From an uncultured delta proteobacterium (GTDB lineage: Bacteria > Desulfobacterota > Desulfobacteria > Desulfobacterales > Desulfosalsimonadaceae), in the NCBI GenBank assembly GCA_963826785.1, contig CAWGYD010000006.1, forward strand, positions 736,001 to 800,000: 64,000 bases of DNA, given 5' to 3'. A model generated the notes under the pieces. The model was not told the DNA's origin. It made no database searches and was given only the letters and a program-made list of their open reading frames with translations. How positions within the stretch are numbered: position 1 is the stretch's first letter; each line of letters starts with the position of its first letter. This document shows positions 8,687 to 18,654 of this stretch, piece after piece. The position numbers were made by a program, and so were the translations under genes.

Positions 8687-9826
8687 ATGCCTGAAATTTC
8701 AAAACCTGCGGTGGTCATCAGCGGAACGGGACTGTGGACGCCGGAAAATGTGGTCACCAATGACGAACTGGTGGACAGCTACAATGCCTGGGCACAAAAA
8801 TTCAATGCCGATCATGCTGTGGCCATTGCAGCGGGAAAGATGGAGGAAAAGCCGCTGTCCAGTGCGCGGTTTGTGGAAAAGGCCTCCGGGATCAAGTCTC
8901 GTTATGTATATGTGAAAGAGGGGATATTAGACATTGACCGCATGTGCCCCAAGTTCCCCGAGCGCTCGGAATCGGAACTCAGCCAGCAGGCGGAAATCGC
9001 TCTTTGCGCCGCACGCGAAGCCATGGCCGACGCCGGGAAAGTCGCCGAAGACATCGATGCGGTTATTGTGTCGTGCGCCTATACCCAGCGGGCCTATCCG
9101 GCCATTGCCATCGAAGTGCAGGATGCTCTGGGGATCGAGGGGTTCGGCTATGACATGCTGATGGCCTGCTCGGCCGCCACTTTCGGGCTGCACCGGGCCT
9201 GTGACAGCATCATGGCCGGATCGGCACGGTGCGTTCTGGCCATCAACCCGGAACTGGTCACGCCCCAGGTCAATTATTGCGACCGGGATTCTCATTTCAT
9301 TTTCGGGGACGTGGCCACCGCGGTCATCCTGGAGCGGGCGGAGACCGCAGCGCCCGGCAAAAACGGCTGGGAGGTCCTGGGCACCCGCGCCATGACGAAG
9401 TTTTCCAGCAATATCCGGTCGAATTTCGGGCATATTTCCCGGGCCACCGACGCCGATCCCTATGGGTGGGACAAGCTGTTTCACCAGGCCGGCCGCAAGG
9501 TGTTCGAAGAGGTCAGCCCCATTGCCGCAAGCCACATCCGCGACCATCTTTTAAGCCTTGCTATCGATCCGGGCCGGGTCCGGCGGTTCTGGCTCCACCA
9601 GGCCAACCTGAACATGAACCGGATGGTGACCCGGCACCTGCTGGGCGAAGAGGCCGGCGAAGACCTGATCCCCACCATCCTGGACCGATACGCCAACACC
9701 GCCTCGGCCGGGTCGATCATCGCCTTCCACCTGCACCGGGCAGACCTTGCGTCCGGGGATGTCGGGGTAATCTGCTCCTTTGGCGCCGGCTATTCCGTGG
9801 GCAGCCTGGTGGTGCGAAAAATGTAG
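8687..9826 (+). CDS. Beta-ketoacyl-ACP synthase III, Pseudomonas PA3286-like
   Basis: VISGTGLWTP..NDELV, EKASGIKSR, QRAYPAIAIEVQ, MACSAATF, WLHQAN, YANTASAG and SFGAGYS motifs. Confidence 0.9.
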   Translation: MPEISKPAVVISGTGLWTPENVVTNDELVDSYNAWAQKFNADHAVAIAAGKMEEKPLSSARFVEKASGIKSRYVYVKEGILDIDRMCPKFPERSESELSQQAEIALCAAREAMADAGKVAEDIDAVIVSCAYTQRAYPAIAIEVQDALGIEGFGYDMLMACSAATFGLHRACDSIMAGSARCVLAINPELVTPQVNYCDRDSHFIFGDVATAVILERAETAAPGKNGWEVLGTRAMTKFSSNIRSNFGHISRATDADPYGWDKLFHQAGRKVFEEVSPIAASHIRDHLLSLAIDPGRVRRFWLHQANLNMNRMVTRHLLGEEAGEDLIPTILDRYANTASAGSIIAFHLHRADLASGDVGVICSFGAGYSVGSLVVRKM

Positions 9827-9884
9827 AAACGATAGGGAAGCCTTAATGGCTTCCCTATCGTTGAGTATCGAGTCAATATGCAGG

Positions 9885-11126
9885 TCACGGACATGCCACC
9901 GGGTCTGCGCAGTCTTCACATTCTAGGTTGATCCAGTCCCCGCCTTTGCCCGGAACGGCAAAGTGCTGCTTGGTCATCTCCCGGACCCATTCGGCAAAGG
10001 GCATGCCGGCCGAATCCTCGGTGTAGAACTGGGGGCTCATCATGATGGTATGATAATCTCCTGCGGCAATATAATAGCGGTAGTTGGACGTCGCTGCGGC
10101 CGTACCGTAGACCATGTCGATCATCCGGCTGTGCCAGTCACACCAGACCGGGGTGTAGTTATTCCATTCCTCCACCTGCGGCACCCAGCTCAAGGGAGGC
10201 GGATAGGTGCTGTATTTGCCGATGGTCAGCATGACATTGTAGAAAAAAGTCTGGTTCCAGTCCCAGGCAGTGGTGAACTGCGCCAGTCGGCTGTTTTTAT
10301 AATAGTCGGCAAGATCGATGTAGATATCTTCCATGGTGAGGGAAGGATCATATCCATTCTCGAGTCCCGGCACCCACGTCGGCATCTGAATATCCCATTT
10401 GTAGATCGCCTCCGTCTGGAAATAGTTTTCCACCACACCGTTGGCGGCATCTCCCAGCACATGGACACCGGATCGGGGAAAGGCCTCCTTTATGAATGGA
10501 AATGACAGGATGGCGCCGTATCCCCCCGCACTCGAACCGGTGACGAAGATTTTTTCGGGGCCGGAAAAATTATCCTCTATCCATTGGAGCACCACCTGGA
10601 AGTTGACGAACCCCCGGTGCCGGATGGTGACCGGCGCAAACTGGGGACCGTATATGGCCAGGTTGTCCGGGTAGCCATAATCATTGGCGCCCCAGTGAAC
10701 GTCACCCGTGCAGTAGGGGATATAGACGAAATACCAGTCTTTGAACGGGTTGTCGGGATTATCGGTGTCGAAAATTCCCCTTCCCGTCAGGTCGGAAAAT
10801 GCGGACAGATCCGGGACTTCTTCATAATAGGTATGGGCGTACAGGCAGTTTTTGCTGTCCCAGCAGGCACCGCCGCCCTGGAAGTAGACCACCAGGCGGT
10901 TTTGTTTGCCGCCTTTGACGAAAAAGGAAAATTCGGGATCGCAGTCCGGGCAGGCGGCGCATGAAGGCGCAAGCCCGTTGTATTGAAAATCGGGATACAG
11001 GTCTGCCGGAAACAATTCAATAAATTCATCGGGAAGCTTCGGCATGGCGGAGGGCGGTGCGGCATTGACGCCGGATACGGCTGCAATCAGCGAGATGATG
11101 CAAATCAAAAATAAATACCGTTTCAT
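9885..11126 (-). CDS. Secreted pectinacetylesterase/Notum-family hydrolase
   Basis: Signal peptide; YFQGGGACW, YIPYCTGDVHWG and GSSAGGYG motifs. Confidence 0.85.
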   Translation of the reverse strand: MKRYLFLICIISLIAAVSGVNAAPPSAMPKLPDEFIELFPADLYPDFQYNGLAPSCAACPDCDPEFSFFVKGGKQNRLVVYFQGGGACWDSKNCLYAHTYYEEVPDLSAFSDLTGRGIFDTDNPDNPFKDWYFVYIPYCTGDVHWGANDYGYPDNLAIYGPQFAPVTIRHRGFVNFQVVLQWIEDNFSGPEKIFVTGSSAGGYGAILSFPFIKEAFPRSGVHVLGDAANGVVENYFQTEAIYKWDIQMPTWVPGLENGYDPSLTMEDIYIDLADYYKNSRLAQFTTAWDWNQTFFYNVMLTIGKYSTYPPPLSWVPQVEEWNNYTPVWCDWHSRMIDMVYGTAAATSNYRYYIAAGDYHTIMMSPQFYTEDSAGMPFAEWVREMTKQHFAVPGKGGDWINLECEDCADPVACP

Positions 11127-11249
11127 GGTGTTTCTCCTGTCGCTTTGAATGGGGTGGACGTTTCACGAAGGGTGAACATCTTTTCGGGTTTCTGCGGGCA
11201 TCCGCAGAAACCCGAAAATGCCAAATTTCAGTATTTCCTTCATGGCAGC

Positions 11250-12629
11250 TCAGGCGATATAAACCGTTTTGATGTTGGTAAATTCCCGGATGCCGACGGC
11301 CGCCAACTCCCGGCCGTAGCCGGAGATCCCGATGCCGCCGAAGGGGAGCCGGGGGTCGGATTTGACAAAGGAATTGACAAACACGCTGCCGGCATGAATG
11401 TGGTTTCGTGCGGCGTCTTCGCCGGTTTCCGGATTTTGGGTGAATACGGCCCCGCCCAGCCCGTAAGCGGTGTCATTGGCGATGCGGATGGCATCTTTGG
11501 CATCCCTGGCCCGGATGACGGCGGCCACCGGCCCGAACACTTCCTCTTCGTAGGCCGGCATACCCGGGACCACGTCCGCCAGCACGGTGGGCGGGTAGTA
11601 GAATCCATCCTCCTCGGGCATTTCGCCGCCCAGCAGGAGCCTGGCGCCTTTTTCTGTGCTCTTTTTCACCTGTCGATGCAGGTTGTCTCTCAGGTCGGCG
11701 CGGGCCTGGGGACCCAGATCCGGATTCTGGCCCGGATCGCCCATGGTTTTGCTCCCCAGTAGTTCGACCATCCTTCGGGTAAATTCATCGTATATTTCAT
11801 CGACCGCGATAAAGCGTTTTGCGGCGATGCAGCTCTGGCCGCTATTTAGCAGCCTGGAGTTCACGCAGATTTCGACGGTTTTGCCCAAATCCGCATCCTG
11901 AAGGATTACATAGGGGTCGCTCCCGCCCAGTTCCAGCACGGTTTTCTTGAGCACCGCGCCGGCCTGGGCGGCGACCGCTCTTCCCGCTCCCGTGCTCCCG
12001 GTCAGGGTCACCGCCTTGACCGCGGGGTGCTCGATTACTTGCTTCGATTTTTCCCGGGTGATGAGAAGGGTGCGGAACAGCCCTTCGGGAAATCCCGCGT
12101 CTGCAAATATTTTCTCGATTTCCAGCGCGCACCCGGTGACATTTTCCGCATGCTTGAGCACCGCAGCGTTTCCGGCCATGAGGGTGGGCGCGGCAAACCG
12201 GAACACCTGCCAGAAAGGGTAGTTCCAGGGCATGACGGCATAGACGACCCCTATGGGCGCATAATGCACATAGCTTTTGGCCGCATCGGTTTTAATGATT
12301 TCATCTTCAAGAAAGGGCCGGGCATGGCCGGCAAAATAGTCGCACACCCAGGCGCATTTTTCCGCTTCGGCCTTTCCCTGGGACAATGGTTTGCCCATCT
12401 CGTCTGCCATCAGACGGCTGTAAAATTCCGCCCGGTCGTTAAGGATGCGGGCGGCGTTTTTCATTCTTTGCGCGCGGGTCTCAAAATCAAGCCCCATCCA
12501 GTCTTTTCCTGCGGCATCAGCGCGCTGCAGAATGCGATCTATTTCGGCATCGCTGATTTCATCATATTTCCGGATCAGTCTGCCGGTGGCGGGATTGATC
12601 GACTGCAGTTGTGTCCCTTGCCCATTCAT
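11250..12629 (-). CDS. NAD(P)-dependent succinate-semialdehyde dehydrogenase (Sad-like aldehyde dehydrogenase)
   Basis: SINPATG, MPWNYPFWQ, LELGGSD, NSGQSCIAAKRF and EEVFGP motifs. Confidence 0.9.
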   Translation of the reverse strand: MNGQGTQLQSINPATGRLIRKYDEISDAEIDRILQRADAAGKDWMGLDFETRAQRMKNAARILNDRAEFYSRLMADEMGKPLSQGKAEAEKCAWVCDYFAGHARPFLEDEIIKTDAAKSYVHYAPIGVVYAVMPWNYPFWQVFRFAAPTLMAGNAAVLKHAENVTGCALEIEKIFADAGFPEGLFRTLLITREKSKQVIEHPAVKAVTLTGSTGAGRAVAAQAGAVLKKTVLELGGSDPYVILQDADLGKTVEICVNSRLLNSGQSCIAAKRFIAVDEIYDEFTRRMVELLGSKTMGDPGQNPDLGPQARADLRDNLHRQVKKSTEKGARLLLGGEMPEEDGFYYPPTVLADVVPGMPAYEEEVFGPVAAVIRARDAKDAIRIANDTAYGLGGAVFTQNPETGEDAARNHIHAGSVFVNSFVKSDPRLPFGGIGISGYGRELAAVGIREFTNIKTVYIA

Positions 12630-12887
12630 GTTGAATCCTTTCATTGTCGAATATTTGCTGTTCAATAAGACTATGGCTGATTTTTCTGAAAAACAAATTC
12701 TTCCAGCCTGACCCCCGGGGACAACAAAGCACCCGGTTGAGGATCCCCGGTGATCTGCTTTCAGCGGCTTTAGATATGAATAGTTGATAATATTCATATT
12801 TTTGACATATCAAAGGCTCAGGCTTACTCTTTTTTATATGTCCTTTTAAGATTCTCAACCAAACCGCTACAGATGGAGGGCCGATAG

Positions 12888-13262
12888 ATGCTGAAAATGA
12901 TAAAAAACATTTTTATCGCGATATCTGTTTTGCTGCTGGCCGGTGCCTGCGCACCCGTGAAGGTGCCGCCCCAGAAGATCGCGAAAGTGGAAACCGCCAT
13001 CAGCCGGGCAGAGGACAGCACTGCCGTCACGTATGCCCCGCTTCAACTCAGGCTGGCCGAAGACAAGTTTCAGCAGGCGAAAACCATGATGGATAAAGGC
13101 AAAAACCAGGAGGCCAATCGCCTTCTGGATGAAGCCCTGGTGGATGCCCAACTTGCCGAAGCCCGATCCCGCTCCGAAAAGGAAAAAATTGAGGCCTCAA
13201 AAATGAGAGACAGTATCGACGCCCTGCGCCGGGAAATAAAGCGGCAAAATCAAACCCCATAA
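12888..13262 (+). CDS. DUF4398-type lipoprotein
   Basis: Lipobox LAGAC; helical 'YAPLQLRLAEDK..LLDEALVDAQLAEA'; adjacent to OmpA. Confidence 0.8.
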   Translation: MLKMIKNIFIAISVLLLAGACAPVKVPPQKIAKVETAISRAEDSTAVTYAPLQLRLAEDKFQQAKTMMDKGKNQEANRLLDEALVDAQLAEARSRSEKEKIEASKMRDSIDALRREIKRQNQTP

Positions 13263-13290
13263 TTGCTTCACATCAAGGAGGAATCAGGTC

Positions 13291-14340
13291 ATGCGTAACC
13301 TTCATCTTATCGAAAAATTGGCGGTGTGGCTGATTTCGGCCGCATTTATCGCCTCCCTTGGGAGCGGGTGTGCCGGCACCCAGCCGTTTCCGCCGCTGGA
13401 ACAGGCCCAGAATACGTATTCACGGGCAAAGTCCGATCCGGATGTTGAAGCCTATGCGCCTGTCGCGCTTTACGAGGCAAAAGAGGCACTGGATAAAGCC
13501 GAATCCGCCGGCAATAAGACGGCCAAGACGCACCTGAGCTATCTGGCGGAAAAAAAGGCCCAGATCGCCATCGCCGAAGCGGAGCGAAAGAAAGCGGAAA
13601 AGGAAATCAGCAATCTGCAGCAGGAAAAAGAAAATATCATTCTTGAATCGCGCCGCGTGGAAACGGAACAGGCCCGGCAACTGGCGGCCAGAAATGCCAT
13701 GGAAGCCCAGGCGGCCCGTGAAGATGCCATCCGCCTGAAACAGGCGGCGGAGAACCGGTCCCGTGAAGCCGAACAAGCCCGGCAGGAGGCCCTCCGCATG
13801 AAGCAGCAGGCCGAAGCGGCCATGCAGCGAAGCGGCCAGCTGGAAAGCGAACTATCCGAACTCAAAGCCAGAAGAACCGACCGCGGAATCGTGCTCACGC
13901 TGGGTGATGTGCTGTTTGCATTGAACCAGGCGGAACTCACCGCCGGCGCGACCCGCACCATCGACAAGCTCGCCCAGTTCCTGAAGAATCACCCGGACCG
14001 GACGGTGAAAATCGAAGGGCACACGGACAACACCGGCAGCGACCAGTACAACCAGTACCTGTCCGAGCAGCGGGCCCTGGCAGTGAAAACCGCCTTGCTG
14101 CAGCGGGGCATCAGCGCAGATCGGATGACCACCCGGGGATATGGGGAACAAAACCCCATTGCCCCCAATGACACCGCACTCGGCCGCCAGCAGAACCGCA
14201 GGGTGGAGATCATCATTTCCGAGGACAACCAGGCGCCGGCCGCCTCGCCTTCAACCCCGCAGGCACAGCCTCAGCAGCCTTCAATGCAGCAGGCACCTCA
14301 GCAGCAGCCATCTTCACAGCCGTCTGAGCCCCAAGGGTGA
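13291..14340 (+). CDS. OmpA-family lipoprotein (DUF4398, coiled coil, OmpA domain, Q/P-rich tail)
   Basis: GSGC lipobox; LGDVLF, IEGHTD, LSEQRA and NRRVEI motifs. Confidence 0.92.
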   Translation: MRNLHLIEKLAVWLISAAFIASLGSGCAGTQPFPPLEQAQNTYSRAKSDPDVEAYAPVALYEAKEALDKAESAGNKTAKTHLSYLAEKKAQIAIAEAERKKAEKEISNLQQEKENIILESRRVETEQARQLAARNAMEAQAAREDAIRLKQAAENRSREAEQARQEALRMKQQAEAAMQRSGQLESELSELKARRTDRGIVLTLGDVLFALNQAELTAGATRTIDKLAQFLKNHPDRTVKIEGHTDNTGSDQYNQYLSEQRALAVKTALLQRGISADRMTTRGYGEQNPIAPNDTALGRQQNRRVEIIISEDNQAPAASPSTPQAQPQQPSMQQAPQQQPSSQPSEPQG

Positions 14341-14734
14341 TCCGGACCGGAGAAGTATCCGGATTTGCGCTCATCAGTCTTTCCCCGGCAGCGGAATTTC
14401 CCGCTGCCGGGGGTACATGCCTTCCCGATTCCAAAAACCGATCTGGTTTCCTGCCGCTCCCCTTTCCCCGGTTCGATTGCAAATACCTGTAGTTTCCCTA
14501 TGCCGCCTTTTTGGGCCGCGCAATCCGTTTAAACCCATCAGGACAGATGCGGCGGGCACCCGGAGGCATCCGGCGCCACGGATTTGTGCCTTCCTGGGTT
14601 TTCACCACCTTTGCGGGCCGCCCACATTTTATGTTGACATGATAATCCGATTTCAGATAGTGATGTAAACTTTTACACATATGCTTATTAAACAATTGTA
14701 ATGGATCAAGTTTCATTCATAAAGGAACCCGCCC

Positions 14735-16318
14735 ATGAAAGTACTGATCAGCGATGCACTCGGCGAATCCGGCGTCCGGATACTCCAGGCCGAGGAAGGA
14801 ATCGAAGTGGACGTCAAAACCGGCCTGCCGCCGGAGGAATTGAAGAAGATCATCGGCGAATATGACGGCCTGGTGATCCGGAGCGCCACCAAAGTCACCG
14901 CCGACCTGCTGGAAGCCGCCCCCAAACTGAAAGTGGTGGGCCGGGCCGGTATCGGTCTGGACAATGTGGATATTCCGGCGGCCACCAAGAAAGGGGTGGT
15001 GGTCATGAACACCCCGGGCGGCAATGTGGTCACCACCGCGGAGCATGCCATCGCCATGATGATGGCGGCCACCCGGAATATCGCCCTGGGAACGGCCACC
15101 CTGAAGAACGGCAAATGGGAAAAGAAAAAGCTCCAGGGCCGCGAAATCATGGATAAGACCCTGGGGGTCATCGGGTTCGGCAAGATCGGCTCGGTGGTGG
15201 CGGATCGGGCCAGGGGCCTGAAAATGCGGGTGGTGGTATACGACCCGGTGGTCCAGCCCGATGTCATCGAGAAGCAGCGCTTCGAATGCGTTTCCCTGGA
15301 CACCCTCTACAAGGAAGCGGACTACATCACCATTCATGTTCCCAAAAACCAGAATACCCTGGGGATGATCAACGCGGAAGCTTTTGCCAAAATGAAGGAC
15401 GGGGTGATCATCATCAACTGCGCCCGGGGCGGCATCATCGATGAAAGCGCCCTCTATGATGCCCTGACCTCCGGCAAGGTGGCCCACGCGGCCCTGGACG
15501 TGTTTGAAACCGAACCCACGCCGGCGGACCATCCCCTGTTGAAACTGGACAATATCACCCTGACCCCCCACCTGGGCGCCTCCACCCTGGAAGCCCAGAC
15601 CAACGTGGCCGAGGCGGTGACCCGCCAGATCATCCAGTATCTCAAGTACGACAACATCATCAATGCCGTCAATGTACCGGCGGTATCCGGCGATCTGCTC
15701 AAAAAGCTGCAGCCCTTCCTGCTCCTGGCAGACCGGATGGGCTCCATGCAGGGCCAGTTTGCCGATGCGCAGCTCAAGGAAATCCAGATCGAATATCGGG
15801 GTGATTTCGGGGATATGGACATGACCCCCGTCACCACGGCATTCATCAAGGGATTGATGGATTACCTGGTCAAGGAAGGGGTGAATGCGGTCAACGCGCC
15901 CATGCTGGCCAAGGAAATGGGGGTCAAAATATCTGAGTCCAAAAGCACCGAGACCGCCGAGTTTTTGAACCTGATCAGCACCCGGCTGATTACCACCCAG
16001 TGCGAGTGCGTGATCTCCGGCACGGTCTTCTCCAGGACCGACGCCCGGATCGTGCGCATCGATGATTTCCGGATCGAGATCATTCCCCAGGGGCACCTGG
16101 CGCTGATCCACAACCTGGACGAACCCGGGGTCATCGGCAGCATCGGCCGGATCCTGGGAGAGCATCGCCTCAACATCTCCCGGATGCAGGTGGGAAGAGA
16201 GGTCGGCAAGGAAAACAACGTGGTCCTGATCCGCACCGACACACCCATCGGGGAAGCGGCCTTAAAAGACCTGCTGGCATTGCCCAAGATCAAATCGGTA
16301 AAGCTGCTGGAACTCTAA
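14735..16318 (+). CDS. serA: D-3-phosphoglycerate dehydrogenase
   Basis: RAGIGLDNVD, GFGKIG, NCARGG and TPHLGAST motifs; C-terminal ACT domain. Confidence 0.95.
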   Translation: MKVLISDALGESGVRILQAEEGIEVDVKTGLPPEELKKIIGEYDGLVIRSATKVTADLLEAAPKLKVVGRAGIGLDNVDIPAATKKGVVVMNTPGGNVVTTAEHAIAMMMAATRNIALGTATLKNGKWEKKKLQGREIMDKTLGVIGFGKIGSVVADRARGLKMRVVVYDPVVQPDVIEKQRFECVSLDTLYKEADYITIHVPKNQNTLGMINAEAFAKMKDGVIIINCARGGIIDESALYDALTSGKVAHAALDVFETEPTPADHPLLKLDNITLTPHLGASTLEAQTNVAEAVTRQIIQYLKYDNIINAVNVPAVSGDLLKKLQPFLLLADRMGSMQGQFADAQLKEIQIEYRGDFGDMDMTPVTTAFIKGLMDYLVKEGVNAVNAPMLAKEMGVKISESKSTETAEFLNLISTRLITTQCECVISGTVFSRTDARIVRIDDFRIEIIPQGHLALIHNLDEPGVIGSIGRILGEHRLNISRMQVGREVGKENNVVLIRTDTPIGEAALKDLLALPKIKSVKLLEL

Positions 16319-16342
16319 CAGATTACATACCCACGCCTCACA

Positions 16343-16388
16343 TGAATCCCGGCCTGCAAGTCCCTTGCAGGGCGGGATTCATTTTTTT
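16343..16388 (+). terminator. Rho-independent terminator after serA
   Basis: TGAATCCCG.CCTGCAAG / CTTGCAGG.CGGGATTCA hairpin followed by a T tract. Confidence 0.85.
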
Positions 16389-16521
16389 CAAATGTCGTAA
16401 ATCCTGCTTTTTCTCCGTCCCTGCATTAAATCGACACGTTTGTCGATGGGTGCGGCCGATTGTCGAATCCAATACCTGCCTCTTTAGATCAACTCATTGA
16501 AATTCAATATAATTTTTAATT

Positions 16522-16536
16522 TGGCACAGACATTGA
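16522..16536 (+). promoter_or_regulatory. Putative sigma-54 promoter
   Basis: TGGCAC-N5-TTGA upstream of the ORF at 16594. Confidence 0.55.
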
Positions 16537-16593
16537 ATAAACAGATTGTAAATGCCGGCAACTGAATTTTAATGATTCTTAAAAGGAGAATGT

Positions 16594-17133
16594 ATGATGA
16601 TGAAAAAGCAGGTAGGTCTTTTTGTGATGGTTTCTGTTCTGGTGTTTGGACTGGGCACGGGCCTGGGCTGGGCGGCGGCCCCGAATGCAAAAGAAGGCTC
16701 CGGCGGGTTGGTGCTGGCCGGAAACGGCCATGGGCCCGGGGATGGCTCTGGAAATGGGGGAAGCGGACCCGGGGACGGCACCGGCAACGGCTCCGGAGAC
16801 TGCGGCTTGGAGCGGCCGGATGCGGGTGCTGCCGGCTGGCTTTTGGCAATGCGTGGTGAAAATCGCGGAACAAAGTCCGCTCAGAAGGGCAGCCGCGGTC
16901 AGAATAGCCGTCTTTCGACATCCGGTCTTTCGACATCCGGCCCGCAGGTGCAGCAAAATCGTCTGCAGACGCATAAAAGAACCCAGACCCCGACTCAAAC
17001 CCGGCCCTCCGGCGGATATGGACCCGGAGACGGCACCGGCAATGGCGGGGTCGGCCCCCGGGACGGCACCGGAAACGGTCCGGGAGACTGCACACAGACG
17101 CAGCCGGTTTCTGATACCGGATCGACCCGCTGA
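16594..17133 (+). CDS. Secreted glycine-rich repeat protein
   Basis: AGGAG RBS, signal peptide, two blocks of G(H/Y)GPGDG(S/T)GNGGxGPxDGTGNGxGDC. Confidence 0.75.
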   Translation: MMMKKQVGLFVMVSVLVFGLGTGLGWAAAPNAKEGSGGLVLAGNGHGPGDGSGNGGSGPGDGTGNGSGDCGLERPDAGAAGWLLAMRGENRGTKSAQKGSRGQNSRLSTSGLSTSGPQVQQNRLQTHKRTQTPTQTRPSGGYGPGDGTGNGGVGPRDGTGNGPGDCTQTQPVSDTGSTR

Positions 17134-17164
17134 TTATTAATAGAACAACTTCCAGCATTTAAAT

Positions 17165-17202
17165 ACGGCACAGGTGGCTTTTATCAGAGCCACCTGTGCC
17201 GT
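17165..17202. terminator. Hairpin terminator between convergent genes
   Basis: ACGGCACAGGTGGCT / AGCCACCTGTGCCGT perfect inverted repeat. Confidence 0.8.
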
Positions 17203-17303
17203 GATTATTTTGATCAGGCCCGAGAGTCCTCCTATTTTACCTCGCCGACGTTCCTCCGGCCCGCGGTATCGAGCCTGGGCCTGCAAAGCACACCCCGGAG
17301 CGG

Positions 17304-18539
17304 TCAATTTTTAAAAGACGCCTGGAAATGCCCGAGTTCAAGCCTGGACCGGCCGTCCACCAGGGCGTTTCGCTGGTAGGCGCGCAGGCCGAAAAAGGGA
17401 AGCGCCGCCAGGATGTGGTCGAAAATATCGGCTTGTATGGCTTCGTAGCTGACCCATCGGGTATCGCTGGCAAAGCAGTAGATCTCGACCGGCAGCCCCT
17501 TTTCTGCGGCAGGGGCCAAGTGCCGGACCATCAGGGTCTTGTCCTGGCTGACGTGGGGATGGCGCTTCAGGTAAGCCTCCACATACGCCCGGAAGGTCCC
17601 CAGGTTGGTCAGCCGCCGGCCATTTAACGGATTGTCCGGCGATATGCCCTTTTCCCGGTGGCAGCGGCCGATCTCCTCGGTTTTCGCCTCGAGATAGGGC
17701 CTGAGCAGATCGACATCCATCAGCCGCTCGATGGCTTCGGGCTCCAGGTGGGCCACGCTGGTCTGATCGATCAGGACCGCGCGCTTGATCCTGCGGCAGC
17801 CGGTTTCGAACATCCCCCGCCAGTTGCGGAAAGAATTGTCGAGGAATTTGTGTGTGGGGATGGAGACAATCGTGTTGTCGAAGTTCTTGACCTTCACCGT
17901 GTGCAGGGACATGTCGATCACGTTTCCGTCGGCGCTGAAGGCCGGCATTTCGATCCAGTCGTCCTGCCGGATCAGGTCGTAGCTGGCGATCTGGATGCTG
18001 GCCACAAAGGACAGCAGGGTATCCTTGAAGATCAGCAGGATAATGGCCGTCAGGGCGCCGATTCCGCTGACCAGACCCCAGGGGGACCGGTCGATGAGCA
18101 GCGCGACCACGAATATTGCGCCGATAATGGACAAAAAGAGCTTGATCAGCTGGGACCAGCCCTTGATGGGCCATTTCACCGGAAGGGGCAGGGAATTATA
18201 AACCGCCACCAGCGTGTCGATGAGGCCGTTTAAAATGGAGATCACCACCAGGCACAGATAGATGAGGATCAGCCGGGAAAGAAAGGAAAATACATCCGGA
18301 ACGAGGGCAAGGCCGTAGTGGAAGATCAGGGCCGGCAACAGGAGCAGGATCCGGTCCAGCACCTTGTATTGGCCCAGGTAATCGTCCCAGGTGAAGCGGG
18401 TGCGCTTGATGAACCCGTGGAAGACCGGCAGGATCCATTTTTTGGAGCAAAAATATCCCAAAACGGATATCCCGGTCAGCCCGGCAAGCTTTAAAAAGTC
18501 AATGACATATGGATGGCTGAAAATATCCTGAATTTCCAT
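17304..18539 (-). CDS. Mechanosensitive ion channel, MscS family (YbdG-like)
   Basis: TM helices; FKDTLLSFVASIQ, DWIEMP, NWRGM and RRLTNLGTFR motifs. Confidence 0.92.
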   Translation of the reverse strand: MEIQDIFSHPYVIDFLKLAGLTGISVLGYFCSKKWILPVFHGFIKRTRFTWDDYLGQYKVLDRILLLLPALIFHYGLALVPDVFSFLSRLILIYLCLVVISILNGLIDTLVAVYNSLPLPVKWPIKGWSQLIKLFLSIIGAIFVVALLIDRSPWGLVSGIGALTAIILLIFKDTLLSFVASIQIASYDLIRQDDWIEMPAFSADGNVIDMSLHTVKVKNFDNTIVSIPTHKFLDNSFRNWRGMFETGCRRIKRAVLIDQTSVAHLEPEAIERLMDVDLLRPYLEAKTEEIGRCHREKGISPDNPLNGRRLTNLGTFRAYVEAYLKRHPHVSQDKTLMVRHLAPAAEKGLPVEIYCFASDTRWVSYEAIQADIFDHILAALPFFGLRAYQRNALVDGRSRLELGHFQASFKN

Positions 18540-18654
18540 TTTTTCTCCCGGTCATGAATTGGCATCGAATACAATGCCTTCTATAACCCAAAACCCGGGC
18601 GAAGGCCACCCCTGAAACGGAATTTTCCGCAAATGGCGAAAAGTGTTTTGAAAA

